A stretch of 64,000 nt of DNA from Octopus vulgaris (taxonomy: Eukaryota): assembly GCA_951406725.2 (NCBI GenBank), contig OX597819.1, positions 1,922,001 to 1,986,000 on the forward strand, in the 5' to 3' direction. The notes beneath the pieces are model-generated. The model was not told the origin of the DNA. It saw only the letters and a list, made by a program, of their open reading frames with translations, and made no database searches. A program made the translations under genes and the position numbers. Positions 14,481 to 27,400 of this stretch are shown piece by piece. How positions within the stretch are numbered: the first letter of the stretch is position 1; each line of letters starts with the position of its first letter.

Positions 14481-15520
14481 GAATCCTTCTTTTAATTATT
14501 CAGTGCCGTCTCAGTTAGCAGAGCAAACGTATTCTCCTTGGGAATTACATATTCTCAGCAGACCATTCTACAAGAAATATATCATAAGCATTATCAAGAT
14601 AGTGAGAAATTCAGGAACAATTTTGCTTGAAAGATTAGAAATACTATTTACAGATCGTGTACAATGTATTATATATTTTACTTTGTCAAAGCTGTGTTCA
14701 ACTGAAAATTGTTATACCCTTCATTGCATATTTTATTTTTTATTGGCTACTCTGAAGTCGGTGAAAGAGCAATCGAGTATTCTGAATGATTTTTAAATTG
14801 CACTTCTTTCACATTGCATGTGTGTTTAGGAGAACTGAACATACTTGGGCAGAATATTGATCAGCTTTATTAAATTCGTTTCGATTACTTTAATTGATGA
14901 ATAATTATAATTTAACTAGTACTAGTAAAAATAATTCGATTTAAATGTATAATATTGTCAAATTGCTGAAAGAAATTTAGTGGTGTTCAAGACGCTGTTC
15001 AAATCTAATTTTATGAGAAATATTCTGAGGAAATCTGTTGATCTAAGAAAGCAAGTTTTCATTTTATATATTCTGCATACTTTAAATTGTTATTTTTTGT
15101 TAAATTTCTGATCTATTTTAAAACTTTAGTCAGGAGCTATAAACATAATTATAATGTCTAAAACGTTTATTAAAACTTTAAAAGCCTTCTCAACACAGAA
15201 GTGCGTACGTTTGAACGAATGCATTTAAATCATTGTAATTGATAGATGAATACTCAGAAAAAAGTTATGCCTGCAGCTAAAATCATTGAAGTTATAAAGC
15301 TAACAGGAGTAGACAACTGCGTGGTGAAGAAGTCCCCTTCGCAATCTCGAAGTTTTCAGTTCGCTCCGTCGACACTGCACTCCAGCAATGTTTCTCCTAA
15401 ATATAGCATCGGGTTGACACATGAATATGAATTGACTTTTAACAACGGAAACTATACGAGATCCTGTTGCACAAAGACACACTCGCACAGACAAACACAC
15501 ACATTCTCTCTCTCAAACAC

Positions 15521-15554
<34 letters not shown>

Positions 15555-16911
15555 TCTCTCTCACTCTTTCTCTCTCTTTCTCACACACACAAATACGCAC
15601 GCATAAATATATATATCATAAATATATGTAACATACCTGTGTGTGTATCTCGTTATTTCACCCACGGTTACCATATTTACAATATTTTAATTCTTCTTAT
15701 AAACTAATATACTATGCAAAGAAAGCGTGTATGTGTGTAGTGTGTATGTATGTCTGTGTGTCCGTCTGTGTGTCTGTATGGTGTGATTATATCTGTGCGC
15801 GCGCGTGTTCATTTTTTTGCGTCTCAGGCTTCTAGAATTAGCCAAATTGCAAAACTTAATACAAATAAATACAAAATAGCAACGCAAGACATTAAGCAAA
15901 GTAACATGGACAGCTCTCGATAGCATCACACATGCGCAGAATAATGTTTATTCTGATTAATAAGCATTATGCAACCAGCATAAATGGAAATAAAATGAGA
16001 ACCTTTCCATTTGCAGACAGGAGGTGTCGCCACAATTTAATCATATTAACCATAAAAATTATGTCGAAGCATATAATTACATTGAAGCGTATAATTAAAG
16101 TAAAGACAGCGAGAGTCAAATATTACAAATTTCTGTAATCAACGAATCATTTATCGCAGAAATTGGCAAAAATATTCATTGCAAAAATTCTTTAACACTA
16201 GCATTTTCCATCTTAAGAAGAGAAGCGAAGGTTTGCTCATCTCTTGACAATAGAACATGCACGTGTTGAAGAACTAGTGTAAAAGCTAACATAGAAAACT
16301 AAAGGAAATACAACAAAGAGAATAGTCTTTGGTGACGATGACATTTTAGATAAGAGTAACAAAAAAAGGGCACTAAAATCATAGAAGGTTAAAAGAGGGA
16401 AAAGTAGCCAAAAATACTAAAGCTCCCAATACGAAAAGAAATAAAAGCAAATCAGTTTTACGAGGAATGCCATACCAAAAAAGTGCTAAGCCGCAAGAGT
16501 GAAATAACGCATATCAAAAAAGAACACCCGTAGTTCAAGTGCAGCTACTTATGATGAATCAGCTGTGAGAGTGTAAAATGGGGAGAATTTGAAGGGTGCT
16601 GAGAAAGTTAATGTCACAAAGTGGCCAAAGGGAAACGATATGTTTGGAAGCTGAAATCAAACTCTAGATAAGCTATGAGTGTATATAAAGGAAAGTGTGT
16701 CTATGTTAACTGTTAGATGTTGTATGAGTAGTATATGTATCTAACGTGTACCTTCGCTAATATAATTGGGGCTCGTAGCAACTCAAGGTTTTGACAACAG
16801 TTTTATAACAGTTCTCGCACATTCTTTTAAGATTGCTGAAACGTATTTTGTTGTAACATGATAGGAACACTTTTACACTTCATCATCATTATCGTTATTG
16901 TTAAATAAGTC

Positions 16912-17045
16912 GGCGATGCGGCGGAATCGTCAGCAGGCCAGGCAAACTGCTTAGTGACATTTCGCTCGTTTTTATATTGTGAGTTCAAATCCCACTGAGG
17001 TCAACTTTGCCTTTATTCCTCTCGGAATCAATTAAATAATTACCA
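16912..17045 (+). mobile_element. tRNA-derived SINE family 1, 5' part
   Basis: A-box-like head, B-box gagttcaaatccc and the conserved gaggtcaactttgccttt core. Confidence 0.8.
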
Positions 17046-17049
17046 ATTA

Positions 17050-19440
17050 TTTCAGTTGCTTGTACAGTGCTTTATCTTTGCAATCTTTCATCCTACACAA
17101 GCCTGACCTTCTTACTTCTAATAACAGTGGTTCTGTAGTATTTTTTACATCATATGCTCTAATGCTGTGTTTGCATCCAATAAGTCCTCTTCCCCCTTTT
17201 TTCATTCGATAAATTGTCTGTCTGTGTCACTTTTTGGGTGGACTGTCCCATATCTAGATAACAACTTCCTTGTCTTTCTGCTTAGTTCGTCTACTGTCCT
17301 TGCGATTACCCCTGCTTCTTATCTAAGGAATGAAACCGTCCAGGTATTGATAGCTTCAATTTTATTCCGTCCATTTAATTTCGACTTAAGGATCAGTTTC
17401 AGTCTGCATAGATACTCCACCTTAATTTTTTCTGTCATTTCTTTCTCCATCAATTTATCCATTTCCAAAATCCTCAAGTACTTATAGCCCGTCTCTTCTA
17501 TCTGCTTCATAACCTCCCCCGACGGTATAGATAGCTTGTCCATACATTTGATTTTGCCTCTCTTCAAGACTAATACACCATACTTTCTCAGTCCGAACAC
17601 CATTCTGATATCAACACTGAAAGTATACACCTTATCAACGAATGAACTGACTTGGGCTGCATCTTTACCATAAAGTTTGAGGTCATCCATGAATAACAAA
17701 TGGTTGACTTTTTGTTGGCGGCTTTTGAATACATACGCAGCTTTTGCTTTCCTCAGAATCAGTGTCAATTGTATCAAGCACAGTACAAATATCAGTGGGG
17801 TCAGGCAGTCCCCTTGGAAGATGTCCCTCCTAATTTCTACCGTCCCTAAACTTCTTCCGTATGCTGTCAGGTCTGTCCTCCAATTCGCCATACTTTTTCC
17901 AAGCAATCGCTCAACATTCGATGCAATACCAAATAGGTTCATACATTCCATTATCCAAGAGTGTAAGATCATATCGTATGCCTTACAATAATCGATCCAT
18001 GACATGGGTAAGTTACTTTTCCTCCTCTTGCAGTCTCTAAGTACAGTTTGTCTATCAGGAGTTGATCCTTGGTACCACTGAACTTACGCTTGCAACCCTT
18101 CTGCTTATGTGGCAGGACTTTATCTTTTTTCTAGATGTTCGTACATTGATTCTGCGAGTATTACAGTCAATAACTTCCACAGCAATGGCAAACAGGATAT
18201 CGGCCTGTGATTGTCTTTTTTCTGATTTCCTTCACTTCCCTAACTGAAATGACTAGTTCTGCCTGTTTTTTACAGACTACTGTTTGTTTCAGTTCTTGCG
18301 ACCATTCAACATCCTTCTTGTGCTCCTTGTCTTTGCTCCTGATGTCACTCCAAAACTTTTGACTGTCATTGTTATCTGGTATCACTTTTCATTTGTACAC
18401 TCTCCATTTATTTATTTATAGACTTCTGATCTACTCTGAATAAACTATTCTGGTGGTAACCCTTAATTCTTTGGTCGTATCTTACCATCTTTGCTTTCTT
18501 TGCAACGAGGCGCTATTTCAGTTCCTCCATTACCACTTTCAGGCCCTTTCTTTCAATATTATACTTCCTTTTCAGCGCCCTGTATTTTTGTTTACTTTTC
18601 AGCTCCCCTTTCTCTTTTCGGTCTAACACAGAAATTTCTTTCGAGGGTATATTTAACCCTGCCTGTATTCTTCTTTTCTACCATGGATCTTTTCTTTTGT
18701 CACTCCCATTATATTTCTTTTTCTTGACACTAACACCTACGTTTTCTGCTACAACAATACTTGCTACCTTGATCAAATTATTTGTTTTTGTGATGTCGTT
18801 TTTTTTTTATGTATTTCAGAATTTCATTGACATTTTTCGTTTCTTGGCTCAATTTTCACCGATCAAAAGGTTTTTTAAGGTTGCAAATAATGTCGCTATC
18901 GTTCTCCTGTAGTCTTGCCTTTATTCTGTCGTAGATCGCCATTTGTTCATGTCATGTTGCCATTAGTTTTATTGTCTTCTTCTAGATCACCTATATGTGT
19001 CTCAAGTAAACTACCACTGCTCCTTTCCTGTGCTATGAGATTACTTCTATTAGTAAGAACTGCATTTTCATCGTTATCTTTGCTGCTATTTTCCAAGACC
19101 CATCTTTTCAAGTAGCTTCGAGCTCTACTTCTGTCAACCAACGATTTTTTCTTATTGTTCTAGCTTGATCACATAGTCTCTGTTCCGTGAGTTGAAACAA
19201 TCTCTTTCCCTCCAATGATCATACATACGTTGTAGGTAAGCCCTCATTTGAGCACCATTTTCATCTACTGGGTTGCTCAGATAGTAACACTCCATGACCA
19301 CAGCATTAATTTGCTTGCTTCATCTACGCCGTGTGTGGTGGTCCCTTTCTGGATATCGACAGGCTGGAGCCGGACCAGAATCTCTGAGCCTGCCGGGTGC
19401 AACACTGTCACCATCAATGGCTTCAGTTCCATTACCACCG
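17050..19440 (-). mobile_element. Old Dong/R4-clade element (N-terminal region plus RT), heavily disrupted
   Basis: ORF 17319-18005: SWIDYCKAYDMILHSW, QGDCLTPLIF, LFMDDLKLY, YKYL, KLNGRNKIEAINTW; upstream remnants continue to about 19440. Confidence 0.88.
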
Positions 19441-19649
19441 TTATTCACAACATTTTGTTTCTTCATTGTCATTCATATGAGGTAGCGATTATCAGGTTAC
19501 GCAATTACTAGTGTTTTTATTGTGATACCATCATTAGATGTATCATTAATCAGGACATGGAGAGGGCCCACCCGTTTCCTTTCATTATTATTACTTTAAT
19601 CATTTCTGATATCATTGATATTATTGTTTTATCATCTCTGATATCCTTG

Positions 19650-19651
<2 letters not shown>

Positions 19652-19686
<35 letters not shown>

Positions 19687-19707
19687 TATTATTATTATTA
19701 TTATTAT
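19652..19707. repeat. (TAA)n immediately followed by (TTA)n
   Basis: The array switches orientation at about 19685. Confidence 0.9.
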
Positions 19708-19912
19708 CGTTTTACTTCTCAGAACGTTCTGTCTTGTTTGTTCTGATAGATTCTGTGAGAGCGGACAGCAGCCTGCTGTCAGAGATCTCACAAGGTCTCT
19801 TTCCGCACGTTGTAATCTTTGATACTTGGTTGTGAATTATCGCGGGAGACATTCAACATCCGAATACCAATCTCAAAATCCTAACCCTAGGATTCTTTTG
19901 AGGATGCTAGGA
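19708..19912 (-). mobile_element. Probable short LINE 3' end between TAA arrays
   Basis: Minus strand begins SILKRILG, like a Dong ORF terminus, and is followed by UTR-like sequence; bounded by (TTA)n. Confidence 0.45.
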
Positions 19913-19915
19913 TTA

Positions 19916-19992
<77 letters not shown>
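19913..19992. repeat. (TTA)n microsatellite
   Basis: Visible array. Confidence 0.97.
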
Positions 19993-20729
19993 TAATATTG
20001 TTATTTGATTGATACATTAATCAATAGGCAAATTAAATAGCTGATTGCTGAATGTGTACATCCATGTATTACATGTAAGTGAAGTTCATGTTCATCAATG
20101 TATAATATTTCATTAGGTCATATACATGTAAATGGGCATACACGTATGTGCATGCCTTCATTTTAGCAATTTGCATCATTTGATCAATTAACCAATCAGT
20201 TGGTTTCATTTCTCAATCCTTTCGTCGCCATTCGCGACCTTATCATTGACATACCCCCCTTAGTCTAGATCTGTCTCGTTGTCGAGAAATATTTTGTTAA
20301 CTATATTTATATATTTAGGGATGTGTGTGAGTGTGTAGGTGAGTGAATGTGCGTGAGTGGAGGCAAGTGAGGTGCTGTTGTGGGTAGTTTTTAAATTGTT
20401 ATGTTTATTGACTGTGTGAGCAAAATGTGTGTATATGTGTATGTGCTCATGCGCGTTCGCAGTCATGTGTGTGCATCAGCTTGTACGATCCTCCCCGTTG
20501 TTGCTATTTTTCTTCTTGACACGTCATATATTGTTAAAGTTTTACGATTTCTGTGTTTTTCATTATTATGCATATCGTAATGGAATAATGGATTCAGGAA
20601 TGTGAATACAAACGCAATTTTTCTCACAAATGCACACATATTTGTAGTCATCTATACAGGTCAGATATATATATATATATATATATATATGTATTTTTAA
20701 TCCACTAAACTAAAACAGACACATACGTA

Positions 20730-20786
<57 letters not shown>

Positions 20787-20790
<4 letters not shown>

Positions 20791-21820
20791 TGAAAAATCA
20801 AAACAAAGGAAGATCGAGTGTCTCAAGTCATTTAGAATAATTTAATTAGTGTAAGATGAATCTGAAGCCTTACAGCCCTTTTCTAGGATAACCCAAGTGG
20901 TAAGTTAGCATGTCCGTGCAAAGGGGTATTCCGTCAGAGACAAGCTATGGATATTTTAGACGGGGCAAAATTTACAGTTTACATCGAATAAAATTCACAG
21001 CTTATAAGGAATAAAAGAAAAGAATAAAGGAATAAAATAGAAGAATAAAGTGTAAAAGTAGTTAGAAGAATATAGGCAGGAGAATAATGTTCACAGCTCA
21101 TCTTTTTCCAGAGGATATGGATGTTGTTCGTTACTTCCATGACAGTAGAGGTTTTTAGTTAAAATCCCAGGTTAATCCAGGCAATATTTTGGCAGTGTTC
21201 TGAATGTTGTATCCATGTTGTAAACGTGTATATAGAGCGAGAAAGTATGATGGCCATAAATGGGTTTGTGAGTGGATGTATGAGAGAGAGAGAGAGAGAA
21301 GTGAAAGAGAGAAAGACAAATAGGAATAAGGAATAAAAAAATAAAATAGTGATAAAAGGGTAAAAATAAGAATAAAAAAATAAAATAAATAAAACATATA
21401 AAATACATAGAATATAAAAATATAAAAATGAAAAAATAAAAATAAAATAAAAATAAGAATATTTTTATTCCAATCCCCAATCTCTCTTTCTCCTCTCTCT
21501 CTCTCTCTTTCGTACACAACTCACAAAACTCTACCTATTTTTTTCAGCTAATTTTACTCTTTATTCTATTTTACTCCTTTATTCTTCTATTTTACTCATT
21601 TGTCCTTTTATTTTATTCTTTATAAACTGTAAGTTCTTCCCCGTCTAAAATATTCGTACCTTGTCTCTGATGACGGAATACCCAGTGCACGGACATGCTA
21701 ACTTACCACTTGGGTTATCCAAGAAAAAGGGCTCTAAGACATCAAATTCACCTTACCCTAATTAAATTATTCTAAATGACTTGAGATATTCGTTCTGCCT
21801 TAGTTTTGATTTTTCTTCTA
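20787..21820 (-). mobile_element. Penelope-like element remnant with long inverted arms (about 20787-21080 and 21530-21820), adjacent to (TA)n
   Basis: Arms are reverse complements over about 290 bp and both carry a hammerhead-like motif. The minus-strand interior has SLYIHVYN/HGYNIQNTAKIL, resembling a GIY-YIG C-terminus. Confidence 0.7.
21662..21741 (+). ncRNA. Type I hammerhead ribozyme-like motif with degenerate stem III
   Basis: Stem I tgtct/agaca in register; CTGATGA at 21667-21673; stem II ggaatacccagtg/cacttgggttatcc; GAAA at 21723-21726; UH site TA at 21735-21736. Confidence 0.65.
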
Positions 21821-21955
21821 ATATAATATATACATGCTATAACGGAATCCTAACACGGATCCCTAGATCCAGCCTTAGCTATGATCTTGGAACCTAACGG
21901 TCGACCTTCTATGGCACTCAGCTTACCTATTCATTTAGATCACAAGCGAACTAAA

Positions 21956-22032
21956 TCTTCTTCTTCTTCTTCTTCTTCTTCTTCTTCTTCTTCTTCTTCT
22001 TCTTCTTCTTCTTCTTCTTCTTCTTCTTCTTC
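21956..22032. repeat. (TTC)n microsatellite
   Basis: Visible array. Confidence 0.97.
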
Positions 22033-23499
22033 TCTCTTAACGCGCTGCGAACGGTACAGTTCGTTTTTGTTTAAATGTCGGTATGGCGTTTTCTTGTATT
22101 TGAAACCGCGTCTTCGTTTTGGTGCACAGACCTAATTTATCAGCCAGAAATTCAGGAAATATATTTTTTAATTATTCTTTTTCAATTCGTCTGATATCAT
22201 ATTTGTACTGGGAGAAAGAAACCATTCACTTTTTTACAGAGTAGATACATGGGGAGGTCCCGTAACTTAAATAAATCCATCCAGTCAGTACCGAATAAAT
22301 TTGTTGTATTATTTAACATTAATTTTTTTTCCTTTAATGTTATCTCACGAAATGTAATGTTACTTATCAATTCGCCCTTCGAGTGTATGTTTTCTTCTGA
22401 AGCACCACAGGTAATCTTCGAGGTTTCATCATATTTAGGTCTCCCGATCTGTTTCCATGGATCTATGTTAATTATTGAGATGTGGCAGCCTGTGACTTTA
22501 TGTTTGTGTTATCAGTTTTCACATACATAAATTTTCTGAGGCTTGTTCTTATTTTTAGTCACCGATTGTCTGTTTACGTGATATTTACTGTTGAACCGTT
22601 TTTTTAAGGCTCTGTTCTACACCTATAAGAAAATACCTATGAGAAAAAAAACTTGTCTGCCAATTCGCTGTATATAAAGAGTATAAAACAAATTAACGTT
22701 ATTTAATTATGCAAGAAACTTGAGACAAATGTGTTTTATTCTAATGCACTTCAAATTATATAGTGATGTGTACTACATATGAACTGATGTTTTCTGAAAC
22801 CTAAATGATAACTTAGAACTGTAATAGAAGAGACCGTAGGGCTCATTGCATTGATAGTTTTCAGAAAACCATTAGTGCAGTAGATGAAGTCATTTTAGGC
22901 CAAGACTTGGAACCAGCTAATGGATTATTGAAAATAATTTTAGTATCATAAAAATTTTAACCTATTGTCATTCTAACCTAGAAATGTATTCCTCAATTTT
23001 TGACGAAGGGAAAGAGCTCGAACACTTCATGGACACTCTTAAGGACTGTTTGCCACCGCAGACCACCACCAATTCTAGACTATACCCTATCTGGACTATA
23101 CCCTATCTCATATTCTGGATTCTGGACTATACCTTATCTCATATTTTTAACAATATAAATTTTACTTTGCTAAAGAGCATGTGAAAGCAATTGAAAATGT
23201 ATTATTATATTTGAAGATGAAGTTGACACACACGTGCACGCACATAAACACACACATATTTATATTTATTCGTACACATGCAAACTAACATAAACATACA
23301 CAAACAGGGTAAGTATGGACTTTTGGACAAACTATGCTTCAACTCTTTACCAGGACATAAACGACGAACGCAAAATATATCTACTCCCCTTTCTTCCCAT
23401 CTGTTACCACTCAGCCTTTATATAGATCATCTGTATGAATGACATTGATAAGTGGGACTTACATCTTCTTCATGCTTCACTATAGTAAATGTCTTGTTT

Positions 23500-24280
23500 A
23501 ACTAATAAATGTACTGTAGCTCATCCCCTACCCTCTTATTTAATCTATAACCACCAATTTTTTCATTCAATCAATTCAAACCTACACCACATTCTTTCTC
23601 CCCAAAATTCATGAACTGTACTCATGGCCTCCCACTGTCTGCGATAGACCTATGTATCTGCTCTGATCTTCTCCTATCCTGTACCAATGGCGCCAACCAT
23701 GCACATCACGTTTTCAATTCATTTCATCTGGACCCATGTTTGCTGATTCCTCATTATCACATGTAACATCGCATGACAATTTACAATTTATACCGGTCAC
23801 GTTTAAGGTGACTGCAATTCTGGAATACTCCTTCACTTTGGAGGAGGAGGTATCTGCTGTCTTCAATAATTCTTGGCACTGGAGCTTTCTCTTTTACAGG
23901 AAAGAGTTACTGAGGAAATGCACCCCGACGCCACTATAAAGTTTTACTGAAAGGACATATTCTGCAAAATGGATCAGATAACTTGAATCATTCGCCGATA
24001 GAGAGTCTGTCAACGAAAGCGGGTTTAAATATGCCGGAATCTTCTAGTCAGAACACTACACGTCAGCAATATAGGGCAATCGTCGTTAACAACAGGGGTT
24101 GAGTGGAAACTGCACCCAGCAGACGCATGAGCCACAGAGATACTCTCTCAGTTCATCTAATGAATACTTTATAAGAGAAAACCTAACTAGTAAACATTCA
24201 GAAGAATTCTGGGAAATCAAGGCGACCAGAAATTCCACAGAGTGGTTGTAAAAAGCAAGTCTTCTACAATTTAACATGCA
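23500..24280 (+). mobile_element. Highly decayed LINE ORF2 remnant (end of APE domain to start of RT)
   Basis: SAIDLCICS motif near 23640 and weak downstream ORF2-like remnants. Confidence 0.35.
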
Positions 24281-24337
24281 TCTGTCATACGTAAAGATGA
24301 TTATGTTAGTTATTTATATGCACATACATACATCTGC

Positions 24338-24457
<120 letters not shown>

Positions 24458-24694
24458 GGAGTTTAACGCAGGTATAAATCAAATACTTTTACTTTCGACA
24501 CATGTTTCGAAGATTCCACTGATATTATTCAAAAGAACCTCTTTACTTGTGTGATTTTTTGCTACCCTGGTAACTCGTTATTTATGTTTTCCGTGTTAAT
24601 TGTTAACAAGGCAAAAATACACTCATCTATTTATATATATATAACGCACACACGCACACACACTCACACACTCACAAATACTGTAAAAAAGCAA

Positions 24695-24995
24695 ATAGAT
24701 CTCTGTCAATTTTGATGAGGATTCAACTGATGGACTGAATCGGTTGCATGCTTTGTGAATTAACATGTGAAGTGGCTGCGTATTTCACAAACACACACAA
24801 ACCCTTAACCATGGCGAGGAATTATCGTTCTACAACACATGACAAGGCTGAATCTTTGAATTACGGATATGTTCACTCCAATGGGTTTGCACAGAGTTTC
24901 CGCCTGCACGATTTCACTCACAAAATTTGGGTTGACCCATGATACTACGTAGGCCACTTGATTGCGAAGAAACTTCTTAAACATTCGGTCACGTT
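24695..24995 (-). mobile_element. Diverged SINE-like dispersed repeat
   Basis: The part at 24895-24990 resembles the family 2 SINE core at 36720-36860. Confidence 0.5.
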
Positions 24996-26779
24996 ACATC
25001 TATACATTGCACCAGCAATGTATTAAGATAATGGCGTTGTTTTTACATAGATAAATGCAGATATTCTTGTCCTCATATAACCTTTCTTTCAAATTTGCCT
25101 ACATATACGCATATTTGGCAATTTGATAAGATTTAAATATATCTCATGATCAGACATAAATATATTCTAGCGCTCAGAATGTGCTAGATGATTTATACAC
25201 ATTTGTGCGTATGCATATACTGTAAAGTTTCGAATATTTGCTTAGTTTGTGTGTTTGCTTTAATCCGATCTCAACAATAAATAAATAAATAAATATAAAT
25301 AAATAAATATATAAACAAATAAATAAACAAAATATGCGCTAGCGTGCCATTCTTGGCAATGTTATTATGGAGGTTAGTCACTGCCGGAAAATCAATAATG
25401 TGTCACTCAGCATGATACTGTTTTACACTCTTCGTTTAATGTTGCCTGGCATATTTTATTCATCTGTTATCCTATGCAGATAGCTTGTGATTTTTTTCTA
25501 AGTAGAGCCAAGTAGATTGCTTCAGTGTTTTTCTCTCAAAACAAAGAAATCATGATCTTATAAAATGTCAGTTTTTTTTTTTCTAAAATAGAATCAAGTC
25601 GTGTACAGATTGTTGGGAAATGTTTGAATGCAAGTAGTTTATATATTTATCAAATATGCTTGTATCTATAAATATAGTGACGAATGGGATGAGCAGACAG
25701 AATATGTTTACTCGTACAGATGATATAGCGTAAACGTTTGTCCGCATAAATGTATCTAACAATGTATTTAATATGCTGAAAGCCCGTCATTAAATGAATG
25801 ACTAGGGATCTCCGAACAGGACTGTCTACTCTGTCAGAGTTGTTTTGAACATAATATCTTCGTAGATCAATTAGGAGTATACAGATGCGTGTATGAGAGA
25901 TGAACTTATTAAAAAAAATTAATCGTTCTAATTTAGTTTTTGCTCCTTTATCCTCCAGTCATTAATATTAAAATGACGTCATTGACTGCATTAATGATGT
26001 TAGGTACATGAATCTATAGCATTAGTAAAAACGCTAACATTTTGTATTAATTAGCCATAAAAGTTATCATATTCGTTGATTTTGATGTCATATTTCCGTC
26101 TGTAGCACAGCTGGTTTCCTCGACACTTAGCTTTTTGTTCTGTATTCCAAAAATCAATATCCGGCCTGTTGTGCGTGTATTTTATAGACTCTTTATTCGA
26201 GATTTTCCACCAGTATATTTTATATTAATATCCTTGTATAATGTCGTGTTTTCACCTGTTTTATTCTTTGTATAAATTGCTTTCCATATAGCTTTTGCCA
26301 TAGGCAATTCACTTCATATAAAAAATATATATACATATATTTCTGTAACTCACGAAGCTATTGATTATATCATTCACGCAAAATTTGCCCAGCCGATATT
26401 TATCAGCACCCACTAATAATTTTAAAACACATACGTTCTGTCGATAAAATATTCTGTTTAAAGTCACTTAATCCCGTGTATTTTAAAATGAAAAGGTGTA
26501 AATTGGACACTAACTCAGTTATGTTACATTTTTTATTTAAATATATTTTGTAATTCAAGCAACATGCTTATTCAATGACTAAGCCCCTTGTCTAATTTAC
26601 GGTTTCGCTGTCTTTTTTTTTAATATTTATTTTGAGTTTTATACATCATAGTTTTTTTTTTTAAACACAGCATTCTTATTAAAGGCGGCAATTAATTATA
26701 GTTTCGTTCAATATGTACTGGAAGTTGCTCATAGTAGAACATCATCAGCTAAACATTTTTTAATTTTTTGTTGCCGCGT

Positions 26780-27400
26780 CATTTGAGATCACAAGGCTCC
26801 ACACATCGTTGAATTCCGTTCTTTCTGACGGTTAATATTTCGGATATAAAGACATTGTTCACAAGATGCTGGACCACAAACATTCTATGATTTCGGCATT
26901 AGAATATTTTTATTACATTTTACTATTCTATAAATCTAATGCGCGTCGGAATGGTAACTTAATGTCTAGGTTTATGGTTTTTTGATGCAACTTTAATAGA
27001 TCTCTTCTCGTATGAAATAAATGTTTTCCCCGTGCTTCAAAGTCATCTTTCTTCCAAATAACTTTCCTTCTTTCTTATGTGCAGAAATATGCTTGGTAAA
27101 TATTGTGTACAAATTTTATCAAACTTTATCGTTTGTATTATTTACCATTAAAACAATGTTTCAGTATATTATACCAGTTATGGCGGAAAACTTGATTGGT
27201 AATTTATACACTCGTAAATTAAGTTTGAGGGAGACATATTTATAACATGTTTGTTGTAAAAGAAATATCAGAATTTCTTCATTGCTTTGCATTTGAAATT
27301 TCTAAAGGCGAGTCATCTTTTTTTTTTCTTTCTCTTTTCCCGGGTTGGACGAAACATGCAATATTTGGTTATTAGAAATGTTAGTACTCATTATAGTGGA
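26780..27400 (-). mobile_element. Very decayed hAT (Charlie/Buster-like) transposase remnant
   Basis: Minus-strand EEILIFL and SCEQ..NI..K.RN remnants in hAT C-terminal order. Confidence 0.35.

Noticed and set aside
15300-15440. Sushi/CCP domain exon
   Set aside because: Only loose Cys/Gly spacing with in-frame stops; kept as an unassigned candidate island.
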